64,000 bases of DNA from contig NC_043001.1 in NCBI RefSeq assembly GCF_006345805.1, positions 5,518,001 through 5,582,000 of the forward strand. Reading direction: 5' to 3'. Below the pieces are notes generated by a model. It had not been told where the DNA came from and searched no databases. It saw nothing but the letters and a program-made list of their open reading frames with translations. Every line of letters begins with the position of its first letter. Positions within the stretch are counted from its first letter, which is position 1. A program made the position numbers and the translations under genes. The stretch comes from Octopus sinensis (lineage: Eukaryota). Below, piece after piece: positions 28,957 to 40,780 of the stretch.

Positions 28957-29511
28957 ATACATATATGCATATAATGACATGTATAGTCATATATGTGCAG
29001 TCTGCCGAATGCGATGCAAAAGCAGTAAATTCATTACTTATATAGGATGTACTTTAAATCTGAAAAATGCTGGTGGAATAAATTTCCCTCCATACACTTC
29101 TATAAGCCTGTAGACTACAGGTGCAAGCCACAGAGTCAGATGGAATTGTGTGAATGATGCTGGCCCTATATACTGCTTTACTTACCGATTTAATTGGTCT
29201 GGTATTGGCGTTGTGTTCGGGCATGCATTTTCATATTGAATAGGAACCTATTACAGACGCTCCTTCATCTGATCCTCCAAATTGATTCTTTAAACGTTCT
29301 GTTTGTATCAAATTACCGCTGACTTTTCATGATAAAGATTCATTTCCTAAATTCAATAAGTAGGCTGTAGTCATCCCGAATTGAACACACGATTCGTCAC
29401 TTACTCTAGGAAAGTAATCTCATTTTATCTGCTTCCAGAGTTGTAAATAATATTATGTTCATAATAGTTACATCATTATAGCATGTAGGCTAATAATATT
29501 AGTTCCCAAAT

Positions 29512-29584
<73 letters not shown>

Positions 29585-30080
29585 CCAAACAAACAACTAG
29601 AATGATCAAATCGAAAGTTTAAAAAAATAAATTATGAGAATTCTAAATCTGTGAATAAACTGAAAATAGTCAACACTTCATATAAACAACAACAAAAGAA
29701 TATTTACATATTCCCTCTTTACAAAATATTCGATAAAAATGATTAACTGTGAAAGTCAGAAATTAAATCGGAATTAATCCTAACACGACTACAAAAGTAA
29801 CAACTTCCTCTGTCATACATTATATGCTTGAAAAGATAAATAAATTCAAGAAGTATATTACAACTAGCTTCTAAATACGTAACTAAACAGCGACTAATCC
29901 ATTAAGTCATACTAAAATTATTATCCTTACAGTCCACCAAAATATAGATGCATGTATGTATGTATTTATGTATGTGTATATGGGGTGAGGTGTATTAAAA
30001 TGGTTTTAACATTATTAGATATATCATATTGATGCTCCTATCATTAATATACGCATATATATATATATATATATATATAT

Positions 30081-30598
30081 GATTTCTAAATAAGGGGAGG
30101 TAGTGAGTGATTTTTTCCGGTGTAGGGGAGATAATCGCTTAAAATTTTTTTTTCCCTTTTCCTTGTTATTTCTCTGTGTCAGTATGTTCGGATGGTTGAG
30201 TCTGGGTTTGTACTTTTCAATGAAGAATGTTTCCTTGAAAAGTACAAACCCAGACTCAACCATCCGAACATACTGACACAGAGAAATTAACAAGGAAAAG
30301 GAAAAAAAATTTTAAGCGATTATCTCCCCTACACCGGAAAAAATCACTCACTACCTCCCCTTATTTAGAAATCTCCTGGAAATAAAAACAACGATAATTC
30401 CATGCAATATAAACATAACGTCACAAGAAATTTGAAAAGCTACACGCGAAACCGGTAATTTCTTTAAAAATTTTTAAAATTATGTTATTTTAAGAAAGGA
30501 AAAAAAATTTTCCAATATTCTCCAGACATTTTGACACAAATATATATATTTTTTAACATTTAAGCCTTCTGTCGTTTTTTCACACTTTACTATTTTCT

Positions 30599-30599
<1 letters not shown>
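30081..30599 (+). mobile_element. Fold-back PLE mini-insertion (GIY-YIG end plus pLTR)
   Basis: ~140 bp inverted arms 30081-30220 / 30235-30373 containing ETFFIEKYKPRLN (typical PLE endonuclease end); HHR at 30425-30464; (TA)n on both sides. Confidence 0.85.
30425..30464 (+). ncRNA. Minimal type I hammerhead ribozyme, U3-A8 core, apparently intact
   Basis: AAGAAAU UUGAAAA GC-UACAC-GC GAAAC CG GUA AUUUCUU; perfect 7 bp stem I, palindromic ACCGGU stem III. Confidence 0.8.
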
Positions 30600-30660
<61 letters not shown>

Positions 30661-31715
30661 TTAGGTTTGTTTACGTCTCGGTCGACGAAAACCACTCGCA
30701 AGACTTCAGCCGACCCAAGAATATAGTATTATAAGACATTTGCCAAACATTTCGCGTAGTGGGACAGAAGCTGGAACCATTTGGTTTGGTAGAAAACAGC
30801 CATGCCTTCAATTATATAAAAAGTATTGTCATACTTGTTACACATGTGTCGATGATTTTCATCGTGGCATGAGGTATCATTTTGACATGTTTAATGTATA
30901 ATTATATTGCCATAATAATATAGTTGCAAATTACATGTATGAGTCATAATGATAAATTAGCAAAAGCACTATTTTATTTCTTCTCTGAGTATACATCGTA
31001 AGTATTCACACCATTTTGGATACTAAGTAAAGTTAGTATTTAAGTTTATTTCATGAATTACACCTCTAGGTCATTCTATATTGCTCGTATTTTGGAAATA
31101 AATTTTCTCATTTGAAGTTTCACTTTTATTATTTTCATTTCTTCAGAAAATATACGAACTCTCCTTTTTGTAGTTAACGAACTCTTTTTCATGCGAAATT
31201 TATTTCAACTTCAGCTATTTTTTTATATTTACCTGACAAGAGCTTCGATCTTCTAGAATATATATCTAAACATGATACTTGCAATGATTTTCTTTCAATA
31301 GTGCTAAAAGGCTGTGTGATGCATCATGCAGATTGTCATCTTACCTGCGAAGAATGGCCTGCAAGATATACTGATTAAATTGGATAAAAATCCAAGTTAT
31401 CAGCTGAAGCAGCCTCGAAATATTCTGTCGTCGTGGGATACTGTATCAATTAGGTGAACTCGTGACTTTTCCCTAAACACTGCAGTTCAAAGTGTATTCT
31501 TTAGTTAATTTAATCTCAGCAGGAATCCTTAATTTTGAAATGCATTCAGGATATAAGCATGTGAGTCGAAAAAGTTTTGGAATTCCATCGAAGATTTAAT
31601 TCTTAATTTTCTTTTTATGAAGTGTTCTCGTAAGTTAAGAAACAGAATATATAACAACTTTGTGTTAGTAGAAAACACATTAGAAAATTAACATCCCCAA
31701 AAAGGATGCGTATCA

Positions 31716-31769
<54 letters not shown>

Positions 31770-31771
<2 letters not shown>

Positions 31772-31981
31772 TTATAGGAAATCTCAAAAAAGAAGAACAA
31801 ATACTGAAAAATAGACAACGCGAGGACGTGGTACATGTAAAGTATTAGCAGATGCTCAGGGAAGAAAAGAAAGATGTTTAACGTTTCGAGCAGACGCTCT
31901 TCTTCAGACACAGAGGAAAGTTCATTAGGAAGGTAGACGGAGGAAGAGAATCGTGAACCATCCACATGTGTTTCAATTTTG

Positions 31982-31985
<4 letters not shown>
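31770..31985 (-). mobile_element. Solo PLE pLTR fragment, same family as 22760-22934
   Basis: Shares CCTGAGC...TAATACT...CCACGTCCTCGCGTTGT with 22862-22910; carries HHR; sits between (TG)n and (TA)n. Confidence 0.8.
31875..31912 (-). ncRNA. Minimal type I hammerhead ribozyme
   Basis: Minus strand UGUGU CUGAAGA A GAGC-GUCU-GCUC GAAAC GUU AAACA. Confidence 0.8.
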
Positions 31986-32076
<91 letters not shown>

Positions 32077-32098
32077 CAATTATATGTTACATTACTCG

Positions 32099-32171
32099 AT
32101 AGTCAAGATAAAACTCTGAGTTTCAGATGCCGAAGTGGGAATCCACGACATCTCTTCGGTTATCTGGCTAT
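32099..32171 (-). ncRNA. Type I hammerhead-like ribozyme, U4C core (inverted copy)
   Basis: Minus strand AUAGCC AGAUAA CCGAAGA GAUGUCG...CGGCAUC U GAAAC UCAGA GUU UUAUCU UGACUAU. Confidence 0.65.
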
Positions 32172-32650
32172 TTGAAACGCTATGAAATAATATCGTTATA
32201 CAAAGGGAAATTACTGTGTTATAACTCTGCTTGCCTGCGTACTTATACATCGCTCGCATTTTTCGCCATAAAAATACATAAAAAATATATAAAAATATAT
32301 AAAATCTTCTTGGGACATAACATAGAAAGCATGTTCTATCTGCTTTCTTCAGGGGACCAAAAACGTAACAGAAATTTAGTCACATGTGGGCATGATCCGA
32401 AAAGTTCTGTCCTTGTGTTTAGACATGTAGTAGGGTCTAAGCTGCTTTTCCAGATAAGCCATCTCTCCATGTCACATAGACCGCACCTTCCGCTGCTGTT
32501 GGTATAGGGCTTACATCTGCCCTATGCCAACGGCATTTTTATAGCATTTTTATGGCGAAAAATGCGAGCGATGTATAAGTACGCAGGCAAGCAAAGTTAT
32601 AACACAGTAATTTCCCTTTGTATAACGGTATTTTTTCATAGCGTTTTCAA

Positions 32651-32723
32651 ATAGCCAGATAACCGAAGAGATGTTGTGGATTCCCACTTCGGTATCTGAA
32701 ACTCAGAGTTTTATCTTGACTAT
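32651..32723 (+). ncRNA. Type I hammerhead-like ribozyme, U4C core
   Basis: AUAGCC AGAUAA CCGAAGA GAUGUUG...CGGUAUC U GAAAC UCAGA GUU UUAUCU UGACUAU; stem I extends through a bulge. Confidence 0.65.
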
Positions 32724-32813
32724 CGAGTAATGTAACATATAATTGCATAGATAAATTTCCTCTATCTACATAATATTGAGGTCACTTTCTTTCTTTTGTT
32801 ATCTTACCATTTT

Positions 32814-32883
<70 letters not shown>

Positions 32884-32957
32884 TACACGCTAGGCCACTT
32901 TTAGTAGAACATTTCTAAATTTTCTCTTACCCTGATATTATTAAATATATATAAACA

Positions 32958-33150
32958 TATGGTCATCACCATGATAGATCGTTAGCCACTACACACATTG
33001 TTTTTTCTCCTTGTTTTTTCTGTGTTCCTTTCTGTAGAAGAGCGTAGGCTCGAAACGTAAAAGACTTTTTCTATTCCTCAGCGTTATACTAATATATCTG
33101 TTTGTTTTGTACACCACCTGTCTTCGTCTTTTGATTTTTTCCTATACTCT

Positions 33151-33154
<4 letters not shown>
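32958..33154 (+). mobile_element. Solo PLE pLTR fragment ending in (TA)n
   Basis: Contains HHR motif; tail CACCTGTCTTCGTCTTTTG is shared with 56050-56143. Confidence 0.7.
33028..33063 (+). ncRNA. Minimal hammerhead motif with A6U core change
   Basis: CUUU CUGUAGA A GAGC-GUAG-GCUC GAAAC GUA AAAG; stems perfect, core has U at position 6. Confidence 0.7.
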
Positions 33155-33187
<33 letters not shown>

Positions 33188-33190
<3 letters not shown>

Positions 33191-33415
33191 GGTGTCTTCA
33201 CAAAGGAACTTGAAATCCTCCTCTCTACAATACAGGATAAACCAACAGTCCGACATGGGGTGCAGTCCTGGACCTCAGAATCAAACTCCCTTATACACCA
33301 AATGGGTCAATTGCTGTTGACTTGAGACGCCCAGACTGAGGAAATCAGAAAGAGAAATGTAGTGCTCCAGCATGACCGCAGCCGCGTGGATGAAACAAAT
33401 AAAGAAATAAACGAA
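33188..33415 (+). mobile_element. CR1/L2-group LINE 3' terminus
   Basis: VGVFTKELEILLSTIQDKPTV...SESNSLIHQ resembles the ORF2 end seen at 28020-28140; ends GTGCTCCAGCATGACCGCAG...TGAAACAAATAAAG. Confidence 0.6.
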
Positions 33416-33438
33416 TATATTTATACGTGTGTGTGTGT

Positions 33439-33474
<36 letters not shown>

Positions 33475-33880
33475 GTGTATGCTGATGTATATATGTATAG
33501 TTTAATATGAATATGTACTGTTGTGTAATATTTTAATGCATTTTAACATTTTAATTTCAATTTCCATGTATTAATTATATTTCCTTTATTAATGACAATA
33601 TGTATTTTAACCAAAGATTCGATGTAAGGTTTTTTTCCTCGAATTTTATAATTTTATATGTATATATATATTCTTTTGAGCTCATTTTTGTTTATCGCTC
33701 GAAAAGTTAGCGTTATTTGTAAAGGACCAATCAAACAAGTCCATTTTTAAAGGTGTAGCTTTTATACTAGTCTGGATAGAATTGACATATCGCTTCTATT
33801 CTAGCAAAAACTGTCCGACGAACGGGAACGTGAAACTCAGAATAACAGATTTTGTTCAATTTTCTGCTGCTTTAAATAAA

Positions 33881-33950
<70 letters not shown>

Positions 33951-34571
33951 CATGTATAATTAGTGCATTTGTGTGTTACGAAATTTCGATGTTGCAGATT
34001 ATAAGCCAAAGCTGGATGGTTATCTTTCACCCTAGTTTAAAATCAGTAAGTAATGAAACCTATTTGTATTTCTGAAGCATTGGATATACTATTTCACATG
34101 GCGCCTGATACCGCTGATTCACATAAGTATAGAACTGTGTTTTAGACTTGGTATGTCGCGTGTACATTATCCCATACAATACTGAGTATCTCCTATCAAT
34201 GGTTTTTATTTCAGTGTCTTTTCTCTTTCTTTCCAGATTCACGAGGAAAGGAGATTTACATATACAAAGATTTGGGGCGGGTAAATCGCTATTTTTCAAT
34301 ATTTGATATAAACGTGGCTTGTTTGGCAGTTTGGCTGATGTCGCTTGTGACGATTTACGTTGTATCAAGCGTAAATAGAAGGAGGGTGTAATCAAAGGTA
34401 CAGAGTCAGTGATATAAGAAGTGGGAGCATTTTGTACATATTTATACAACTACCCACAGGTAAGGAGTTAATGAACGCTACACTGACAGAGACGGAGAAC
34501 AAAATCGTAGAGACATTTGTGAATGAATAGAAGATATAAATATATACGTATGCACACACACACACACATAC

Positions 34572-34621
<50 letters not shown>

Positions 34622-35358
34622 TGAGAGGGTGGAGGGAGGAGGCATAAAAATATGCTTTAATACCAACACTGAGAGTTTCTATTTTTACTTTTTGAATATG
34701 TAAAAAATTGTAAAAGTAATAACGATAATAGTAAAAACTAAAAATGTAAATGAGTGGAAATCGGACCAGTGAGTGTGTTTAATAAGGGGGAAAAAGAGAA
34801 TTCTCTCTCCAGACACGATAAAAATGTAATAATAATCTATTGAAAATTTGTATTCATTTCATCCTCTTGTGTTGGCAGAAATAATTTTGATTAAATTAAT
34901 AATGTTGATGAAAACATAATTAGTTTATGCGATTTGTATTTTCCAATCTTATCTACGGTAACGAAAGTATACATCCAGAGTATAATATAATTTGCGACAT
35001 ACTACCTTTGATAGCAAGGGGAAGAATTTCATTTTGCGTATAAGATATCGCATACGTAAGTGAAGTTCTCATACATAAGAGTTTATTATGCCCGAAAATC
35101 TTCAGTGGAATGTGATCAGTCTGGTTTGATGTAGCAGAAAATTATCCATAAGAAATATATTATCTTCATACTCAAGGCAAAAATTCAGTTTAAACGGATT
35201 ATACGATATTAATTACAAACTTTCAAGATTTTGTTTTCAAACAATTTCATGTGAACACTTTTTTAAAGTAAATTTTTATGTGACCTATACTTGCGCCTTA
35301 CTACAAATCTGAATATAAAGACGGCTATTGAGGTAAATTAAATTATTTTAATATAACC

Positions 35359-35523
35359 GGCGCAGGTTTGGCTTTGTGGTAAGAAGCTTGCTTCCCCATC
35401 CAAAGGATCACGGGTTCAGCCCCTCTGCGTGGGACTTTAGATAAGTATTTTCTAATAGAGCCTCTGGTCAGCAAAAGACTTATGAACGGACTTGATAGAG
35501 AGAAACTGAAAGAAGCAAGCCGG
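35359..35523 (+). mobile_element. SINE family 1, decayed 5' half
   Basis: GGCGCAGGTTTGGCTTTGTGGTAAGAAGCTTGC...GAAACTGAAAGAAGC then (TA)n. Confidence 0.7.
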
Positions 35524-35543
35524 ATATATATATATATATATAT

Positions 35544-35964
35544 ACTATTTACTATTTTTACTATTTTATTTGTTTCAGTCATTTGACTGCGGCCATGCTG
35601 GAGCACCGCCTTTAGTCGAGCAACTCGACCCCGGGACTTATTCTTTTTTTATAAGCCCAGTACTTATTCTATCGGTCTCTTTTTGCCGAACCGCTAAGTG
35701 ACGGAGACGTAAACACACCAGTATCGGTTGTCAAGCAATGCTAGGGGGACAAACACAGACACACAAACAAACACACATACATATATATATATATAAATAT
35801 ATACGACAGGCTTCTTTCAGTTTCCGTCTACCAAATCCACTCACAAGGCTTTGGTCGGCCCGAGGCTATAGCAGAAGACACTTGCCCAAGATGCCACGCA
35901 GTAGGACTGAACCCGGAACCATGTGGTTGGTTAGCAAGCTACTTACCACACAGCCACTCCTGCG

Positions 35965-35966
<2 letters not shown>
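35544..35966 (-). mobile_element. SINE family 1, full length
   Basis: Reverse complement of 213-632, flanked by (TA)n at both ends. Confidence 0.9.
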
Positions 35967-36019
<53 letters not shown>

Positions 36020-38804
36020 TTATTATTAGTCTTTTTACCAATTATATATTATTTATTTATTATTCTGCACTTTACTTAATTATTGGTATGTTTTATCGTA
36101 TATTTATTTTTTTCTAGATGGTATAATTTAATTATTTCATTGTTAGTTCATTATTGAAATGATACATTGTCGGTTCTTCGCTAATTTATATACATACATA
36201 CATATATATATATATATCACTGGTGTATGGTAGTTCTTGTCATTTGATATGCTGCTGCCACCTTGACCATATTATGACTAACGTCAGTATTACTCAAATT
36301 ACGCATACATTAGAAAAATTATGCATATTTCTACTCAAACTGTGGGATGCAAAATGTAAATAATGTAAGCCTAATTCAATCGGGATATTAATATCTGCCA
36401 TTGAAGTAAACGGAAATAATAATACCTTATAAATTGTAAGCATTCTAAAGGAACCCATAATTTCCTTATTCGCACGTACTGACTTATAAGAAATCCTATA
36501 ATTTTACTTGAATTTCTTATATGTAAATTCTATTCTTCTTCTTTCAGATGTAAAATTCTCGATAATCTTATTGTAGACCGAACCACTTTATTATTAGTTT
36601 TGAAAACAGTTTAAGATCAAGTTTATATGATGATACGGTAAGAAAAGATTTATTGTGAAAAAGAATTAGTTTTACATCTGGAAATTTAAATTTATTTGAA
36701 CTTAGAATTTCTCGAAGCGTAAACGTGCTGTGAAAGTGGTCGTTACATACCCTTTGCCACGACGGCTTTATCCTTCACCCATTATCCTATCATAAAGCCG
36801 GTACCGTATTATGATATAATGCGTTGTGAGGTGTGCAGCGTCATTTCAGGATACACACCACCGTTTTCCATTATGATTGTCTCCAAGCCAAGATATCCCT
36901 TAAATTTAGTTTTCTTGTCGTATAAATCGACCATTTTCGATAGTTTTTCCCAAATACGATACAGTGGAGTGAAGTCAGGATAACAACGGCCATATAACCT
37001 TGCATTATATAACTGTCCTATGATCAGTTTATTTGCGTCAATCAGCCATTCGAACACGGTTTTGAACAAGGAAATAAAAGCTACTGTCTCAAGGGAATCC
37101 TATTGTTTTCTATAAATCATACAAAAACTTTTGCTTCCCTACGTTTGAATTATGTGCAACTATTTTTATTTCGTCAACAATATAACTGCAGTTAATAAAT
37201 CATTATGCAATCCTTCTATACGGAAACTTTTATGAAATAACCAACTTTCTTATATAAAGGTGTGTACGATAGACATACAGAGAGTATCTGATTGAGGCGT
37301 GTATTACATTTTATTTATTCTGTTCATTCTTCTGTTTTAATCTACATTGGGATATATCACTAATCCCCATTCATCCACTTGATTAAGTGACGGCAGGATT
37401 GTAGATTACCATGACGCGCAAACAACAGAAACGCATTTTTTTAATTTCTTTGCCGCCATTCTCTCTTTGACGACTTTCTGATATGGAATCTGAAATGGTT
37501 TCCAATAATAAAATTGCTTCCACCGAGTAAAGCTTTGGAGGATTAAGAAAAATATTATCACATGTCTTACATGTTTTCTGTATATATATCAACAGAATCT
37601 CGGGATGAGGTTGTATTTGAAGTGAATTCTTAGAATACTAAGAATTCTTTTGAATTCTTGCTAGTTGGATTACGCTTGCTATCAAAACATTCCATGTATA
37701 ACATTAATTTAAAACATGAAATAACATTGTATTAATCAATAGTAGAAATTTCATTGGCAAACCCGATAAAGTAGTGGATTTGTTTGTGATGTGACATGAG
37801 GACGTACATAATGACTGAACATTTCTGTCAAAGTTATAAAGCAGTAAATGAGACAAAGTATGCCAGAGAAAGACAGTGACAGGGAGAAAGAGGGAGGAAG
37901 AGGTGGAGAGAGACAGAGATAGATAAAGAGAGAGAGGACAGAAACTTAATAAGACTGTAAAAGACAGGTAGAGTGAAGAAGTGAAAAGCAATGTTGTCAA
38001 CGTTACTGCAAAGAGAAAATTTAGCCGATGGGTGAGGATGATATTTGAGATGTATTTGTATAAGATCCATGGCTTAAAATCCTACTAAGAGAAAGTTCTT
38101 GAGAAATCACATTTATTTTATTGTTTCTCTGCAAATATTTCAAATTTTTGAAACCTTTAGTGCCATTCATTACTGAATGGCTCGCTAAAGTGTTTCATTC
38201 ACCGCTCACAGAATTCCTTGCCAAATTGTTCATGAAATTTCACGCACAAATTGCATATTTTACGAAACAATGAATTAAAGAAAACAGATTGTAGCAGCTA
38301 CACATAAATACTTGTAAAACAGAGCAAGATGGGAAACACTGTGGGGGTTATAAATCAATATTCATTTTGTAGCGTTGGGGAAACCCTAAAATGTAGCAAT
38401 TTTTTTTTTTTTTGCTCTATAATTAGTTTTACGGTCAATTGACAACGATTTTAAGTCAATTGCATTCAATGCAGTTTCGTAAAATCTATATTTCTGTTAT
38501 AATTCCATCCCAGAAATCAAACAAAACAAATTGCGAAAATGAAGACATTTTATAAAATGCTGTCTTTTATTTATGAGGTGTTTATATTTCCTTTCATTGT
38601 GCGTATATTTATTTTCTCTAGATAACTTTATATCATAAAAAACTCATGAAAATGAAAAAAAAATGGTTATATTTATTGCCATATAGTCTTTGATCTACTT
38701 TTTTAATTCAAAAGCTATTCTCCAAATGAAAGTATATCTAGAAATCTTTACGTTCAACATCATATATATCTACATTCATAAATCACTATAACATTCTCAA
38801 CATC

Positions 38805-38875
<71 letters not shown>

Positions 38876-39190
38876 TGAGTGTGTGTGTGTCTGTTTGTAA
38901 GCATACATGCAAAGATAGGTAAATAGATATAGATAGGAATTCTTGTACGATATTACGATGATTTCATTTCGTCAACTTTTGAATTTATGACAAAATTTGT
39001 ATTCTACTCAAATATCTTATTGAATTATTTTTTTATGTATAGCCACCATTGATCTTTCGGCTAAAATTATGAGCGAACCCTCATTGAAATTCAGACTGAG
39101 TTCCTAGAGTCTCTCTCGGAAAATGATTCTAATATATTATAGCATAGTATTAATATAACTGATCAAAAATATAAATACATACATACATAC

Positions 39191-39224
<34 letters not shown>

Positions 39225-39335
39225 GTACATACACAAACACGAACGCATGCGTATTCACACACATAACTATGTATATGTATGTACATAGCGACAGAGATAA
39301 GTATAGATATTGATTTATATGAACGCATAAGTAGA

Positions 39336-39374
<39 letters not shown>

Positions 39375-40039
39375 CGTATGTTTATAAAACTGAATAATAT
39401 GTCCATTTATACATACATACACACACATATAGACATATTTTGTTATCTTTTCTTTCCTTATAAAGTAAAATGAACGAAATCAATCCGCCATTGTATATTT
39501 CATTTGCAAACCTTTCCCTTTCTATTGTTTCTTTAATTGTCGTCCGTTTTCCAACACTTTATAAACAATATTCAACCATATTGAAATTCCTGCGTTATTT
39601 ACGTCGGGGGTGCATTTTTAATCATTGTTCCAAAGGATAACTTGGATCAGATGCTTGACATAATTTTGAACAAAATATCGCACGTACAATATGAAGAAAT
39701 TATATTATTGTTCCTAGAAAAATATTATTTTTTAATCCCTCCTTCACTGTTTAGTCGAAGCGTTTATTCTCTACACAATGTGTTACTTAGTGTACCCGAT
39801 AGTTTTAATTACAGATGATCTGATCGACAGGGCAGTCATGTGTTAGAGTCGTGTGAATAGCAACCTTGTGATTTCGGATTCACTGCTTCTGCCTGTCCCC
39901 TTGGTGAATCAAGACGGTGAATGCCTTCGGAATCAATATGGGAGGTGAAAACTATGTGAAAGTCCATTTTGTAGATAAAAGGTGTTAATATGTTGCATAA
40001 AAAAAATGAAAAAATTAAAAGTAATTTTTCAAAGTCAAA

Positions 40040-40780
40040 ACTATGGATTAGATTATTGCTGGGAGGTGATATGAATTTACTGAAAGATGTTGCCAGTAAG
40101 TTCCGCCACGGTGTGATGACGGCTCCAGAATATAGAAAATGCCATTGTTGCTGTCTTCCTGGGACAAACTTCCAGAGCCCCTTGATCTTGACCAGCATTG
40201 GAGATACAGGCAGAACGGTTGGTGTCTGCCTCGAACGTACCCAGCACAGAGAAACCAAGGCATTACAATCGCGCCAATTAAGTCGCAAGCAATTATTGCT
40301 GGTATCGTCGAAGAAATTCTCCGATAACAACTTCTGGCCCCTTTCCGCGATAGGGCAAGGAGTGCCGAATCTTGCTGCCAAACATATGCATTACTGGCAG
40401 CAACCATCCGTAAACAAGATTTTATCATGTCCTACACTAGTTTTACATAACCATCTGAATTGGGCCTAATGTCATGTTCAAAGATGTCAGGAATAACAGC
40501 GGCGTGCGGACGCAGTCAGACACCTGGTGTCTCACTTCTTGCTGGTTACTAATTCGTAGTTTCTATTGCCCATACCCATGTCACATCTTACAACCTTTCT
40601 AGTGTCCACAGAGTATTAACAGCCGCCATGATGTTGGCATTTGATACCCAGCGCGATACAGGTCTTTCTTTTCCGATATTCAGAGGATCTTGTGTTTATA
40701 TTTGTCACAAATTCAGGAGTAACTACTATTAGCTTATTTCTGAGTACTTCTATGCTATCATGTACACCATACTTATTACA
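40040..40780 (+). mobile_element. Heavily decayed Gypsy-type LTR retrotransposon gag-protease
   Basis: Frameshifted pieces IRLLLG / LLLSSWDKLP / LDLDQ-ALEIQAERL / CWYRRR...FRDRAR, then FLLVTNS / LTAA / FIFVTNSGVTTISLFL, in the order expected for invertebrate Gypsy gag and aspartic protease; matched by eye only. Confidence 0.45.

Larger units (their letters stand above)
32077..32818 (+). mobile_element. Fold-back PLE insertion (inverted endonuclease C-terminus plus two pLTR copies)
   Basis: ~200 bp inverted arms ~32077-32277 / 32546-32746; spacer minus strand (32336-32520) encodes RCKPYTNSSGRCGLCDMERWLIWKSSLDPTTCLNTRTELFGSCPHVTKFLL, a Cys/His-rich PLE endonuclease tail; long (TA)n on both sides. 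Confidence 0.85.

Noticed and set aside
36809-37069. 86 aa non-repetitive ORF
   Set aside because: No recognisable domain, no ATG start and no clear splice context.
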